Shown piece after piece: positions 31,109 through 42,632 of a stretch of DNA of 64,000 nucleotides. Under the pieces are notes generated by a model, which ran no database searches, was not told where the DNA came from, and saw only the letters and a program-made list of their open reading frames with translations. The stretch lies in assembly GCA_963798085.1 (NCBI GenBank), contig CAWCRS010000007.1, forward strand, positions 1,472,001 through 1,536,000. The letters run 5' to 3'. A program made the position numbers and the translations under genes. Positions within the stretch are counted from its first letter, which is position 1, and every line of letters starts with the position of its first letter. The stretch is from an uncultured Gemmatimonadales bacterium (GTDB lineage Bacteria > Gemmatimonadota > Gemmatimonadetes > Longimicrobiales > RSA9).

Positions 31109-31884
31109 TCGCCGTGGTGCGCGCGCTCTGGCGCGCCAGCCTCGCCGAGGAGCTGCAGTATCGTGGCAATCTCGTCGCCAGCATTGTGGGAACGCTCTTC
31201 TGGATGGCGATGGCACTGCTCACCCTGGCGGTCTTCTTCCATCAGACAGCGACGCTGGGTGGCTGGGAGTTCTGGGAGGTGGTGGCATTGCTCGGTATAT
31301 TCAACGCGCTGGGCGGTCTGATCGAAGCCGTGGTGCGGCCGGGCCTGACCCGGCTGGTCGAGGACGTGCGCAGCGGCGCTCTCGATCTGATCCTCGCGAA
31401 ACCCGTGGAATCCCAGACGTACGTTTCCTTCCGCCGTCTCGACGTCTGGCGCCTCACCGACTTCGTAACGGGCCTGGGGCTTTGTGCGTTCGGCGTCTTC
31501 CAGACAGGGCGTTTGCCAACCGCTGCAGGGCTGCTCGCGTTCGCGCTGGCGTTCTGCGCCGCGGCCCTGGTGCTCTATGCGTTCTGCGTGGCGCTCATGA
31601 GCACCGCGTTCTGGTTTGTCTCCGTGGAGAACCTGTCCGTGGTATTCGACACGCTGTACGAAGGCGCGCGCTACCCCGTTTCCGCCTACCCGGGCGCGCT
31701 GCGCTTCCTGTTCGTGTACCTGATTCCCATCGCGTGGACCACGACGATCCCGGCGGCATCGCTCAGTGGGCGGCTGCGGCCCGCGGTTTCCCTGGTCGCC
31801 TGCGCACTGGCCGTGCTCGCGCTCCTGCTGACACGGCTGTTATGGCGGCACGCGCTGCGCCGCTACACCAGCGCCGGCGGCTGA
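31105..31884 (+). CDS. ABC-2 family permease (DUF990-like), second subunit
   Basis: VRSGALDLILAKP, ARYPVSAYP, C-terminal RYTSAGG; ATGA overlap. Confidence 0.88.
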   Translation: MIAVVRALWRASLAEELQYRGNLVASIVGTLFWMAMALLTLAVFFHQTATLGGWEFWEVVALLGIFNALGGLIEAVVRPGLTRLVEDVRSGALDLILAKPVESQTYVSFRRLDVWRLTDFVTGLGLCAFGVFQTGRLPTAAGLLAFALAFCAAALVLYAFCVALMSTAFWFVSVENLSVVFDTLYEGARYPVSAYPGALRFLFVYLIPIAWTTTIPAASLSGRLRPAVSLVACALAVLALLLTRLLWRHALRRYTSAGG

Positions 31885-31909
31885 GCTCCGTGCGCGAGGA
31901 GCAGACCGA

Positions 31910-32419
31910 ATGACGCACCGCCCGATCCGCCCCGGCATACGGACCGGCCGGGAAGACGAAGCCGACGAGCCGGCGCGACTGCTGCGCGAGGCGTTCTCCT
32001 TCTGGGCCAGCGGCGTGGCCGTGGCGGCTGTGCGCGACGCCCGTGGCGTGCAGGGCCTCACGGTGAGTGCGTTCTCCCCGGTCTCGCTCGAGCCGCCCAT
32101 GCTGCTGGTCTGCATTGCGGCCGATGCGCCGCTGCTCACCGCGCTGCGCGATGCGCGGCGTTTCACGGTCAACCTGCTGCGCGCCGACCAGAAGCGTGTG
32201 GCCAGCGTGTTCGCCGATCGCTTCGTGGTCACGCCTGCCCATTTCCGGGAAGGCGACGACGCCGTTCTCGAGCCGGCCCTGGCCAGCTTCATCTGCAGCC
32301 TCGCCGTGGAACACGAAGCCGGCGATCATCGCATCGTCATCGGCCGCGTGGAGCGCGTCGAGGTCGGCGCCGATGCACCGCCTCTGCTGCACTACCACCA
32401 TGACTACCGCACGTTCTGA
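31910..32419 (+). CDS. Flavin reductase-like protein
   Basis: GLTVSAFSPVSLEPPMLLVCI, FTVNLL, AGDHRIVIGRV. Confidence 0.92.
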   Translation: MTHRPIRPGIRTGREDEADEPARLLREAFSFWASGVAVAAVRDARGVQGLTVSAFSPVSLEPPMLLVCIAADAPLLTALRDARRFTVNLLRADQKRVASVFADRFVVTPAHFREGDDAVLEPALASFICSLAVEHEAGDHRIVIGRVERVEVGADAPPLLHYHHDYRTF

Positions 32420-32472
32420 TGCGGCCCCCGATAACCTCGAGTCACGACGGGGAGCGGAGGCGCCGTCGTCGC

Positions 32473-32853
32473 CTACTCCCTGCGCAGTGCGATCAGCGGA
32501 TCCACCGAAACCGCGCGGCGCGCGGGAAAGAAGCAGGCCAGCGCTCCGGCGCCCAGCAGCAGCACACTCACAGCGGCGTAGGTGACACCATCGCGAGCGG
32601 ACACGCCGAATAACAGCGATGTCAGCACGCTGCCGATGGCCAGGGCGGCCGCCAGGCCGAGTCCCAGACCGGCGAGCACCAGCACCAGACCCTGACGCAC
32701 CACCATGCCCAGCACGCGACCCGCCCGCGCACCCAGCGCCAGCCGGATGCCGATCTCGTTCGTGCGCTGCGCCACCGCATGGGAAAGCACGCCGTAGAGC
32801 CCGCCGGCCGCCAGCAGCAGCGCAATCAGCGCGAACATGGCGAGGAGCAGCAA
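32473..32853 (-). pseudogene. C-terminal remnant of an FtsX/MacB-like (ADOP-type) permease
   Basis: LAAGGLYGVLSHAVAQRTNEIGIRLALGA...PARRAVSVDPLIALRRE is the last ~125 aa of a family that is normally far longer; no RBS. Confidence 0.78.
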
Positions 32854-32871
32854 CAGTTGCTGGGTCGAGTC

Positions 32872-33729
32872 CTAACCATCTGTTTGGGACCGGGCGCTGA
32901 GCCAGGTCCGCAGCTCCCAGAGTTCGGGAAAGAACCGCGCATCGAGGGTGGTGCGCAGGTAGGCGACGCCGCTGCTGCCGCCGGTGCCGGGTTTGGAGCC
33001 GATCATGCGCTCGACCATGGCGACATGACGCAGGCGCCAGAGGTAGAAGGTTTCGTCGAATTCGATGAGTGCTTCGGCCAGGAGATAGAGGTCGTAATGC
33101 TCGCGCGGGTGCTGGTAGATGCGGACCAGCTCCCGCACGCGCGGCGGCATGACGGGCTCTGCGCTGCCGTGGGCATCAGCGGCGGTCGCGGCGGGCGCGT
33201 CGTTCCCGTTGAAGCCGCGACGCGCCAGCAGCGCGTAGAAACGCTCGCCCACGGTGGGACCGGCGAGGCGGCGCTCGAGCTCGGCGCGGACCGGGTTTTC
33301 GGGCGCGTGGTGCTTCAGCACTGCCGGGTCCTTGCGGCCGCAGAGGAATTCCAGTGCGCGAAACTGCGCGGACTGGAAGCCGCTGGCGGGCATGAGGTGA
33401 TCGCGGAACGTGAGGAAATCGTTGGGCGTCATGGTCTCGAGCACGTTGATCTGCTCGATGAGCACGCGCTCGATCTCAATGCAGCGGCGCAGCAGGCGGT
33501 GCGCGCCCAGCGTATCACCGGCATCGAGGCACTCGATCACGCCATCGACTTCGTGCAGCAGCTGCTTGAACCACAGCTCGTACACCTGGTGGATGGTGAT
33601 GAAGAGCAGCTCGTCGTGCTGTGGCGGATCAGAGAGCAGCTGCTGCAGGCGCAGCAGCTCGGGCAGCTTCAGGTAGCTGCCGTAGCTGAGTCGCGGTTCT
33701 CCGTCTGCGGGGGTGATGCCGAAGGGCAT
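32872..33729 (-). CDS. kynA: Tryptophan 2,3-dioxygenase
   Basis: YGSYLKL..LL.LQ, HDELLFITIHQVYELWFK, ASGFQSAQFR, RMIGSKPGTGGSSGVAYL, FFPELW; start 33729 or 33762. Confidence 0.96.
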   Translation of the reverse strand: MPFGITPADGEPRLSYGSYLKLPELLRLQQLLSDPPQHDELLFITIHQVYELWFKQLLHEVDGVIECLDAGDTLGAHRLLRRCIEIERVLIEQINVLETMTPNDFLTFRDHLMPASGFQSAQFRALEFLCGRKDPAVLKHHAPENPVRAELERRLAGPTVGERFYALLARRGFNGNDAPAATAADAHGSAEPVMPPRVRELVRIYQHPREHYDLYLLAEALIEFDETFYLWRLRHVAMVERMIGSKPGTGGSSGVAYLRTTLDARFFPELWELRTWLSARSQTDG

Positions 33730-33986
33730 GAATCGCTCCGCCTCGAGGAATGCCGTTGCCATGGAATTGTCGCGGTTGCCGGACGGACGCGGCAATACAC
33801 CCGCGTGCTGACTACGTTGCCGCTGTCCGAGTCTCCACCCTATTGTGCAGGTCACAAGACCCGCCGTCCTGCTCCGGGCACCACCTCGCTGCCGGGTGCG
33901 CGCTGCTTTTCGGGCGGGAAGGGAACGCGCTGTTTGACCGGGCCGGGTCCTGTGCGTCGTTCCATTGGGGCCACTGACCGAGGCGC

Positions 33987-34433
33987 ATGCAGATACCGAC
34001 ACCGTCCTGGCTGCTGGTCTTCTGGTGCGGGCTCTGCGCATCCATCGCCAGCGAATGGCTGATGGCCGCGGCGACCGCGCTGGTGTCGCGTCCGTCGGCC
34101 GCGCGGCGGGCAGGCACGCCGCGCTTCATGACGCGTCCGCGGGGCAGCATCCCGTTCGCACTGGTCTCCGGCACACTCGTGTTCGCGCCGCTCTACGGCC
34201 TGGCGTTCGAGTGGTGGCGGCGCGCCAATGTGGCATCGGGTGCCCTGCTGGGTGTGGCGCACGGCGTACTCGCCGGCTCGATCGTGCTTTTCGGTCTGCT
34301 GCGCCGGCGCGCACGCGAACCGCGTGAAGCGACGCTCAAGCCCATGCTGTTCTACCGCGGCCGGCGCCTGCTCACACGCGTGCTCTACGGCGCGCTCATG
34401 GGTTTCCTCTACGTCGTGCCGCCGCTGCACTGA
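33987..34433 (+). CDS. Hypothetical membrane protein
   Basis: Four hydrophobic segments; TGATG overlap with argR. Confidence 0.65.
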   Translation: MQIPTPSWLLVFWCGLCASIASEWLMAAATALVSRPSAARRAGTPRFMTRPRGSIPFALVSGTLVFAPLYGLAFEWWRRANVASGALLGVAHGVLAGSIVLFGLLRRRAREPREATLKPMLFYRGRRLLTRVLYGALMGFLYVVPPLH

Positions 34434-34891
34434 TGCCCAAGTCCGAGCGCCACACCGCCATTCGCGAACTGATGCAGAAGCATCGCATCTCCAGCCAGGA
34501 GGATCTGCGGGAGCTGCTGGCGCAGCACGGCTTCGACGTGGCCCAGGCCACGCTCTCCCGCGACATCCGGGAGCTGCGCCTGATCAAGGTGCCGGACGCC
34601 GCCGGCGGCCACCACTACACACTGCCGCCCGAGGCATGGGACAGCACACCACCGCTGCGCCGCCTGCTGCCCGCCCTCTTCGTGGGCGCCGAAGGCACGC
34701 GCAATCTCCTCATCCTCAAGACGCTCGCGGGCGGCGCGCAGGCGCTGGCCGAAGCCATCGACTGGGAGGAATGGCCCGAGGTCCTCGGTACGCTTGCCGG
34801 CAATGACACCATCCTCCTGATCCTCCGCCAGGATGACCAGCTTCCCGCAGTGCAGCGCCGTATCGAGGACATTGCCGGCGAAGTAGAATAA
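34433..34891 (+). CDS. argR: Arginine repressor
   Basis: SQEDL, QATLSRDIRELRLIK, GTLAG(N)DT; directly upstream of arg genes. Confidence 0.96.
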   Translation: MPKSERHTAIRELMQKHRISSQEDLRELLAQHGFDVAQATLSRDIRELRLIKVPDAAGGHHYTLPPEAWDSTPPLRRLLPALFVGAEGTRNLLILKTLAGGAQALAEAIDWEEWPEVLGTLAGNDTILLILRQDDQLPAVQRRIEDIAGEVE

Positions 34892-34985
34892 ATCTCTCAA
34901 TTCCTTGCTCCTCCCAGCTCCCGCGCCGTGCCCGCCCCTCCGGGCTGGCCGGGGCTGGACCATCCCCTTGCCCTCGCCGGCGATG

Positions 34986-35024
34986 ATTGTATGTTTATGC
35001 GATCATGGTGAATAATAGCCATCC
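34986..35024. promoter_or_regulatory. Tandem ARG-box-like operator overlapping the argC start
   Basis: ATTGTATGTTTATGCGAT and GGTGAATAATAGCCATCC, two 18-mers 3 bp apart, AT-rich in a GC-rich background. Confidence 0.6.
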
Positions 35025-35979
35025 GACCCGCACCGCTATCCTGGGCGCTTCCGGCTACACCGGCCAGGAAGTGCTGCGCCTGCTGCGCAACCACCCGCGC
35101 TTCCGGCTGAGCAGTGTGACGTCGGAATCGGAAAAGGGCGGTCGCGTGCCGGGCACAGCGCTGCGCTACGTCGCTTCGGACGATGTGCGGCTCGAGGATG
35201 CCGAGCTGGTGTTCGCCTGCCTGCCCCATGGCGAGTCAGGCGCGTGGTCGGCGCGTGCGCAGGCGGCGGGGGCGCGTGTCGTGGATCTGTCGGCGGACCT
35301 GCGTGCGGGCGCACAGGGTGCGGTCTACGGTGTGCCCGAGCTGTGGCGCGACTGCATTCGCGGGCGCACGCTGGTCGCGAATCCCGGCTGTTATCCCACC
35401 GGGGTGCTGCTGGCGCTGGCGCCCCTCATAACACAGGGTTTGGTGGATGCGTCGCGGCCGGTGCTGATCGATGCGGCCTCGGGTGTGACGGGTGCGGGGC
35501 GGTCGGCGAAGCGCGAGTACCTGTTTGGCGAGGTGGCGGAGGACTACCGGGCGTACGCGGTGGGCAACACGCACCGGCACGTGCCGGAGATCGCGGCGGG
35601 ACTGGCGCGCATTGCCGGAGGCGACGCACCGGAGTTCGTGTTCACGCCGCATCTGCTGCCGGTCCGGCGAGGCATCCTGGAGACACTGTATGTGCCGGTG
35701 CAGTCCGGCGTGACGCCGGCGCAGGCGATCGCCGCGAGCTGCGCGGCATACGCTGCGGAGCCGTGCATCAATGTGCTCGAGGAGGGACTGCCTTCGCTGC
35801 GCGCTGTGGTCTGCACGAATCGATTGGCCATCGGATTTGCGGAAGTGGTGGGCGTGCGCGCACCGCTGCTCACCTGCGTCGTCGCCTTCGACAACCTGCT
35901 CAAGGGCGCGGCCGGCCAGGCGCTGCAGAACGCCAACCTGATGCTGGGCTACCCGGAGCTCGAAGGGATACCGCTGTGA
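35005..35979 (+). CDS. argC: N-acetyl-gamma-glutamyl-phosphate reductase
   Basis: GASGYTG, VDLSAD, ANPGCYPT, SGVTGAG, HRHVPEI, DNLLKGAAGQA. Confidence 0.97.
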   Translation: MVNNSHPTRTAILGASGYTGQEVLRLLRNHPRFRLSSVTSESEKGGRVPGTALRYVASDDVRLEDAELVFACLPHGESGAWSARAQAAGARVVDLSADLRAGAQGAVYGVPELWRDCIRGRTLVANPGCYPTGVLLALAPLITQGLVDASRPVLIDAASGVTGAGRSAKREYLFGEVAEDYRAYAVGNTHRHVPEIAAGLARIAGGDAPEFVFTPHLLPVRRGILETLYVPVQSGVTPAQAIAASCAAYAAEPCINVLEEGLPSLRAVVCTNRLAIGFAEVVGVRAPLLTCVVAFDNLLKGAAGQALQNANLMLGYPELEGIPL

Positions 35980-36743
35980 GCGCGCGCGTGGTGAAGATCG
36001 GCGGCGCCGCACTGGCGGACGCGGCCTGGCTGGCACAGTTCGGCACGCACCTGGTGCAATCGGGCGAGCCGGTGATCGTGGTGCACGGCGGCGGTCCGGA
36101 CATCAATCGTCTGTCGGAGCGGCTGGCGCTCGAGTACACCTGGGTGGAGGGCCGGCGGGTTACGTCGCCCGAGCTGATGGATGTGGTGTCCATGGTGCTG
36201 ACCGGGCTGGTGAACAAGCGCATCGTGGCGTCGCTGCTGGATGCGGGCGCGGACGCCATCGGCGTTTCCGGCGAGGACGGAGGCCTGCTGACAGCAGTGT
36301 TCGCAGAGGGCGGCGCGCTGGGGCGCGTGGGTCATGTCGATCAGGTGCGCACGGAGCTGCTGCACTGGCTCACGGAGCGGGGCATGGTGCCCGTGGTGTC
36401 GCCGGTGTCGCGCGGGCCCGATGGCCGGGCGCTGAATGTGAATGCCGATGAGGCGGCGGCGGCGCTGGCGGCGGCGCTGGGCGCGTCCGAGCTGCTCTTC
36501 ATCACGGATGTGGCGGGGGTCATGGATGGTGGTGTGCAGCGGCCCGAGCTGAACGCGGCGGAAGCACGCGCCATGATCGATGCGGGAACCGCGACCGGCG
36601 GCATGGCGCTCAAGCTGAACGCCGCGCTCAAGGCGCTGGAAATGGGAGTCACGCGAGTGCGCATCGGGCGCTTTGCCGCGCTGCACGACGCAGCGGCCGG
36701 CACGCGCGTGCGCCACGAGACGGAGGTGCTCACGTGTCTGTGA
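35976..36743 (+). CDS. argB: Acetylglutamate kinase
   Basis: VVKIGG, VHGGGP, GRRVT, NVNAD, TDVAGV, GGMALK. Confidence 0.95.
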   Translation: MSARVVKIGGAALADAAWLAQFGTHLVQSGEPVIVVHGGGPDINRLSERLALEYTWVEGRRVTSPELMDVVSMVLTGLVNKRIVASLLDAGADAIGVSGEDGGLLTAVFAEGGALGRVGHVDQVRTELLHWLTERGMVPVVSPVSRGPDGRALNVNADEAAAALAAALGASELLFITDVAGVMDGGVQRPELNAAEARAMIDAGTATGGMALKLNAALKALEMGVTRVRIGRFAALHDAAAGTRVRHETEVLTCL

Positions 36744-37927
36744 TGACGACGGAGGCGGCGACGCGTGCGGCTACGAGCGCGTTGCTGGGCGTGTACAAGC
36801 GGGCGCAGCCGCTGTTCGTGTCGGGGCGTGGCTGCTACCTGATGGACGATGCGGGCCGCTCGTGGCTCGATCTCACCAGCGGGATCGGCGTCAACGCGTT
36901 CGGGTACGGCAATGCCGGGATCGAGGCTGCCATACAGGAAGCGCTGGAGGCCGGGCTCATCCACGTCTCGAACCTGTTCCGCACACGCCCGGGCGAGGAG
37001 CTGGCGGACGAGCTGGTGGCCCGTTCCTTCGCGGATCATGTCTTCTTCTGCAACTCGGGCGGCGAGTCGATCGAGGCGGCCATCAAGTTTGCGCGGCGTC
37101 ACGCGCGCGGGGTGGGCGGCGCGGCCAAGCACGAGATCGTATCGCTGAAGGGCTCGTTCCATGGCCGCCTGTTCGGTTCACTGGCCATCACGGATCGGCC
37201 GGCTTACCAGGCGCCATTCGAGCCACTCATGCCCGGTGCGCACATTGTGCCGGCCACACTGGACGACGTGGGCGCGGCGGTATCCGCCGAGCGCACGGCC
37301 GCCATCGTGGTGGAGCCGGTGCAGGGCGAGGGCGGTGTGGTGCCGCTGCCGGCCGAGCTGCTGCGCGGCCTGCGCGCCATCGCGGACGCTGCGAACGCGT
37401 TGTTAGTATTCGACGAAGTGCAGTGCGGCCTGGGTCGTACGGGCCACCTGTTCGCCTACCAGGCGACGGGCGTGACGCCCGACATTCTCACACTGGCGAA
37501 GCCGCTCGCGGGCGGCCTGCCCATGGGCGCGGTGCTGCTGACGGAAGAGGTGGCGGCGTCGCTCAAGCCGGGCGATCACGCGACCACGTTCGGGGGCGGG
37601 CCGCTGGTGGCGCAGGTGGCGCTCTCCGTGATCCGGCGCGTGGCGCAGCCCGCATTCCTGGAGAGCGTGCGCGCGCGCGGCGCGCAGATCCGTGCGGCGG
37701 CGGCGGCCTGGCAGGCGGAAGGCCGCATCGTGCAGGGTCGCGGCGCCGGCCTCATGTGGGGTCTCGAACTCGATGCACCCGCCTCGCCTGTGGTGGCGCG
37801 CGCGCTGGATGCGGGAGTGCTGGCGCTCACCGCGGGCGAGCGCGTGGTGCGCCTGCTGCCGCCCCTGGTGATCGCCGCGGCGGAGCTGGCCGAGGGTCTG
37901 GATATCCTGAGCGCCGCCATCGGCTGA
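36734..37927 (+). CDS. argD: Acetylornithine aminotransferase
   Basis: FFCNSGGES, SFHGR, EPVQGEGG, FDEVQCGLGRTG, TLAKPLAGG, TTFGGGP. Confidence 0.95.
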   Translation: MSVMTTEAATRAATSALLGVYKRAQPLFVSGRGCYLMDDAGRSWLDLTSGIGVNAFGYGNAGIEAAIQEALEAGLIHVSNLFRTRPGEELADELVARSFADHVFFCNSGGESIEAAIKFARRHARGVGGAAKHEIVSLKGSFHGRLFGSLAITDRPAYQAPFEPLMPGAHIVPATLDDVGAAVSAERTAAIVVEPVQGEGGVVPLPAELLRGLRAIADAANALLVFDEVQCGLGRTGHLFAYQATGVTPDILTLAKPLAGGLPMGAVLLTEEVAASLKPGDHATTFGGGPLVAQVALSVIRRVAQPAFLESVRARGAQIRAAAAAWQAEGRIVQGRGAGLMWGLELDAPASPVVARALDAGVLALTAGERVVRLLPPLVIAAAELAEGLDILSAAIG

Positions 37928-38005
37928 ACGGGGCGCCGGGCTCACGCGCCCCGCCTGACACGATGCTAATGACCGGTTGATCGAGACGAAACGAGGAGGC
38001 GTTCA

Positions 38006-39232
<1,227 letters not shown>

Positions 39233-39282
39233 TGATCCGGACGCGGCACCGTAGGCTCCGCGCTGGAGCACTCGACGGCCTG

Positions 39283-40735
39283 ATGACGCACGAGAACGCG
39301 GCGGATTCCGGCGTGTCGCGGGATGGGGCACGGCCGGTGGAGGCGGGTGGCGCCGGGCATCGTCTCTGGGGTGGGCGCTACGCCGCCGGCCCCGCGCCCA
39401 CGCTGGAAGCGCTGAATCGCAGCCTGCCCGTCGATGTCCGACTCTGGCGCGAGGATATGGAAGGCAGTCGCGCCTGGGTGCAGGCGCTGCTGCGTGCGGG
39501 CGTGCTGACGGCGGACGAGGCGAGTGCGCTGGACCGCGGGCTGCAGGCCGTGCACACGCGGCTTGCCGCGGGCGCCGCTGAAGGCGCGGCCGACGAGGAC
39601 ATCCACACGCTCGTCGAGCGACTGCTGTACGAAGAGAGTCGGCGACGTCGCGGGCAAGCTGCACACGGGCCGCTCGCGCAACGACCAGGTCGCAACCGAC
39701 ACTCGCCTCTGGGCGATGCGCGCGACTCGAGCGCATCGCGGCCGCGCTGGCCGCGCTGCAGCTCGCGCTGGTCGAGCAGGCGAGCGCCACGCTCGACGTG
39801 TTCATGCCCTCCTACACGCACCTGCGGCGCGCCCAGCCCGATGCGCGTGGCGCACTGGCTGCTGGCGCATTTCTGGGCGCTGCAGCGCGACCGCGCGCGC
39901 ATTGAACGGATGCGCCGTGCGTGTGTCCGTGCTGCCGCTGGGCTCGGGCGCGATCGCGGGCAGCGGCTTCCCGGTCGACCGCATGCTGCTGTGCGAGCTG
40001 CTCGGGATTCCGGTCGGTCTCCCCGAATTCACTCGATGCGGTGGGTGATCGCGACTGGATCGCCGAGGTGGTGTTCGTTGCGCGCTCAGGGCGACGCATC
40101 TCTCCCGCCTGGCGGAGGACCTGATCATCGTTCTCGACGGAGGAATTCGGTTTCGTCGAGCTGCCCGAGGCATACACCACGGGCTCGAGCCTGATGCCGC
40201 AGAAGCGCAATCCGGATGGCCTCGAGCTGGCGCGCGGCATGGCGGCGCGGCTCATCGGTGAGGCGGCCGGTGCATTCGCCATGCTGAAGTCCATGCCCTC
40301 CGGCTATAACAAGGACTTTCAGGAAGACAAGCGCATGCTGTTCAGCGCAGTCGAGCACGCCTGATCACGCTGCTGCCCGCGACACGGCGAGACGATTGCC
40401 GGCCTGGTCTTCGCGCGGACCGATTGCACGCAGGCCGTCGGCGATGAGTCGCTCACGGCGACCGACCTGGCGGACGAGCTGGTGCGGCGAGGCGTGCCCT
40501 TCCGAGAGGCGCACGCGGCGGTGGGCCGTCTGCTGCGTCCGCGGCGGACGCGGCCGGTGTGCGCCCCAGCGCGCTGCCCGACGCGGCATGGGCGGCGGCG
40601 CACGCTGCCTTCCTCCATGGTGGCAGACCCGAGGTCAGCGCGGAACGCTCCGCCGAAGCCCGCAACGTGCAGGGTGGCACGGGCCGTGCGGCGGTGCTGC
40701 GCCAGATCGAGGAGGCGCAGGCCGCGCTCGCGTAG
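39283..40735 (+). CDS. argH: Argininosuccinate lyase (several apparent frameshifts)
   Basis: [57 protein letters not shown] spread over different frames. Confidence 0.92.
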
Positions 40736-40970
40736 GGAATTCCCGCCGCGAACGCGAACGGGAGACGTCGCCTGCAATCGTTGCACGATCCCGCCACGCT
40801 GCTGCGGCGCGCCGCCCGCATTTTCATTGCAACCGACGTTGCAGCCTCCCCTTTCTCCTCGGAACGACGCTTCGGCCAGTACGCGCGCTGGCGGGTATCT
40901 GCTTTGCAGGCGGGCGCTTCGCTTCCTAGATTCGGCGCGCCAACCGGACTCAGCAAACGCGGGAGGACAC

Positions 40971-41900
40971 ATGAATGCGACCACGCTGGAGCGGTCCGCG
41001 GCGCAGGCCAGCCGCCCCATTCTTTCGGACCTGGATCTGCCGCTCGGCAAGCGGACTCGGCTGCGGCGACTGCTCTACGAAACGGTGTCGGCAACGGCAC
41101 GCTGCTCATCCTGCCCATCGATCAGGGCGATCGAGCACGGGCCGGTGGACTTCTTCCCGAATCCGGCCTCCAAGGACCCCGAGTTCCAGTGGCGGCTCGC
41201 GGCGGAAGGCGGCTACAACGCGATCGCCTGTCACTGGGGCCTCGCGCGCATGTACATGGCAAGTATGCGGGCCGTGTGCCGCTCATCCTCAAGCTGAACG
41301 GCGCAGACAACATTCCGAGCGACGGCGAAGGCATTCTCGACGTGCACGCGTCGGTCGAAGATGCCTGGCGATCGGCGCCGACGCGGTGGGCTACACGCTG
41401 TATGTAGGATCGCCCCGTCAGGACGAGGATATCGATCAGCTCCGCCGTGTTCGCGAAGCGTGCGAGAAATGGGGCATGCCGCTCATCATCTGGTCGTATC
41501 CGCGCGGCTCGGCCATCGAGGAGAAGGGCGGCCGGGATTCGCTCTACGCGGTGGACTACGCGTCCCGCCTGGCCCACGAATGCGGCGCGGACATCATCAA
41601 GCTGAACGAGCCGAAGAAGAGCGAAAAGGATGCGCAGCAGCCCAAGCCGTACAACACGCTCGAATGGACAGCCGGAGGAGGGCCGCGGCGGGTGGTCGAG
41701 TCGGCCGGCCGCTCGATGGTGCTGTTCAGCGGCGGCAGCAAGATCAGTGATGAGGATCTGCTGGACAAAGGCGAAGCGGACGATGGAGCAGGGGGCGACG
41801 GGTCTCGATCTTCGGTCGCAATCTCTGGCAGCGTCCGATGGACCAGGCGCTGAAGATCACGGAGCGCATCAAGGCCCTGTTGCGCCAGTTCCCGGCCTGA
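40971..41900 (+). CDS. fbaB: Class I fructose-bisphosphate aldolase, DhnA/FbaB type (several apparent frameshifts)
   Basis: [56 protein letters not shown]. Confidence 0.88.
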
Positions 41901-42632
41901 TGCCGCCCAGCGAACCTGCAGAAAGGACGACGGGATCGGCGCAGGGAAGCGGGCAGCCGCCGTGCGGGCGGTCGAGTTCGTCGAGTCGGGCATGCAGCCT
42001 CGGACTCGGAACGGGCTCGACCGCTCGTCATTTTCTCGACGTCCTGGCCGATCGCCTGCGCGTGGGTTCGACTCAAGGACATCATCGGCGTCCAACATCC
42101 ACGGCGACGAGCGATACGCTCACGAGGTCGGCGTCACGCTGTCGACACTCGACGACTGCCAGATCTCGATCTCACCGTAGATGGCGCAGACGAAATCGAG
42201 CCGGGCCTGAACCTGATCAAGGGTCACGGCGGCGCGCTGCTGTGGGAGAAGATGGTGGCCGGCGTGTCCGCCCGTCTGATCATCATTGCGGACGACAGCA
42301 AGCTCGTCGACCGGCTCGGCTCCACGGTGTCTCTGCCGGTCGAAGTGATTCCTTTCGGATGGTCGACACATCTGCCGTTCTTCGGATCGCTCGGCGCGCG
42401 GCCGGAGCTGCAGCCGCTCCGGCATGGCTTCTCCCTACACGACCGATGGTGGACACTACATCGTCGATTGTCACGTTCGACGACGGCATCCACGATCCCG
42501 CTGCGATCGAGCGACGGATGAAGGAACGGACGGGCGTGGTCGAGACAGGGTTGTTCGTGAACCGCGCGACTGCGGCAGTCATTGGAGCGGCCACGTTGAG
42601 TGCGCGTCCTCGATCCGGCGTACTCGTCATGA
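41900..42632 (+). CDS. rpiA: Ribose-5-phosphate isomerase A (several apparent frameshifts; end approximate)
   Basis: [48 protein letters not shown]. Confidence 0.88.

Noticed and set aside
28300..33900. Genomic island integrated at tRNA-Cys
   Set aside because: No integrase, no duplicated tRNA 3' end seen, and composition and codon style match the flanks
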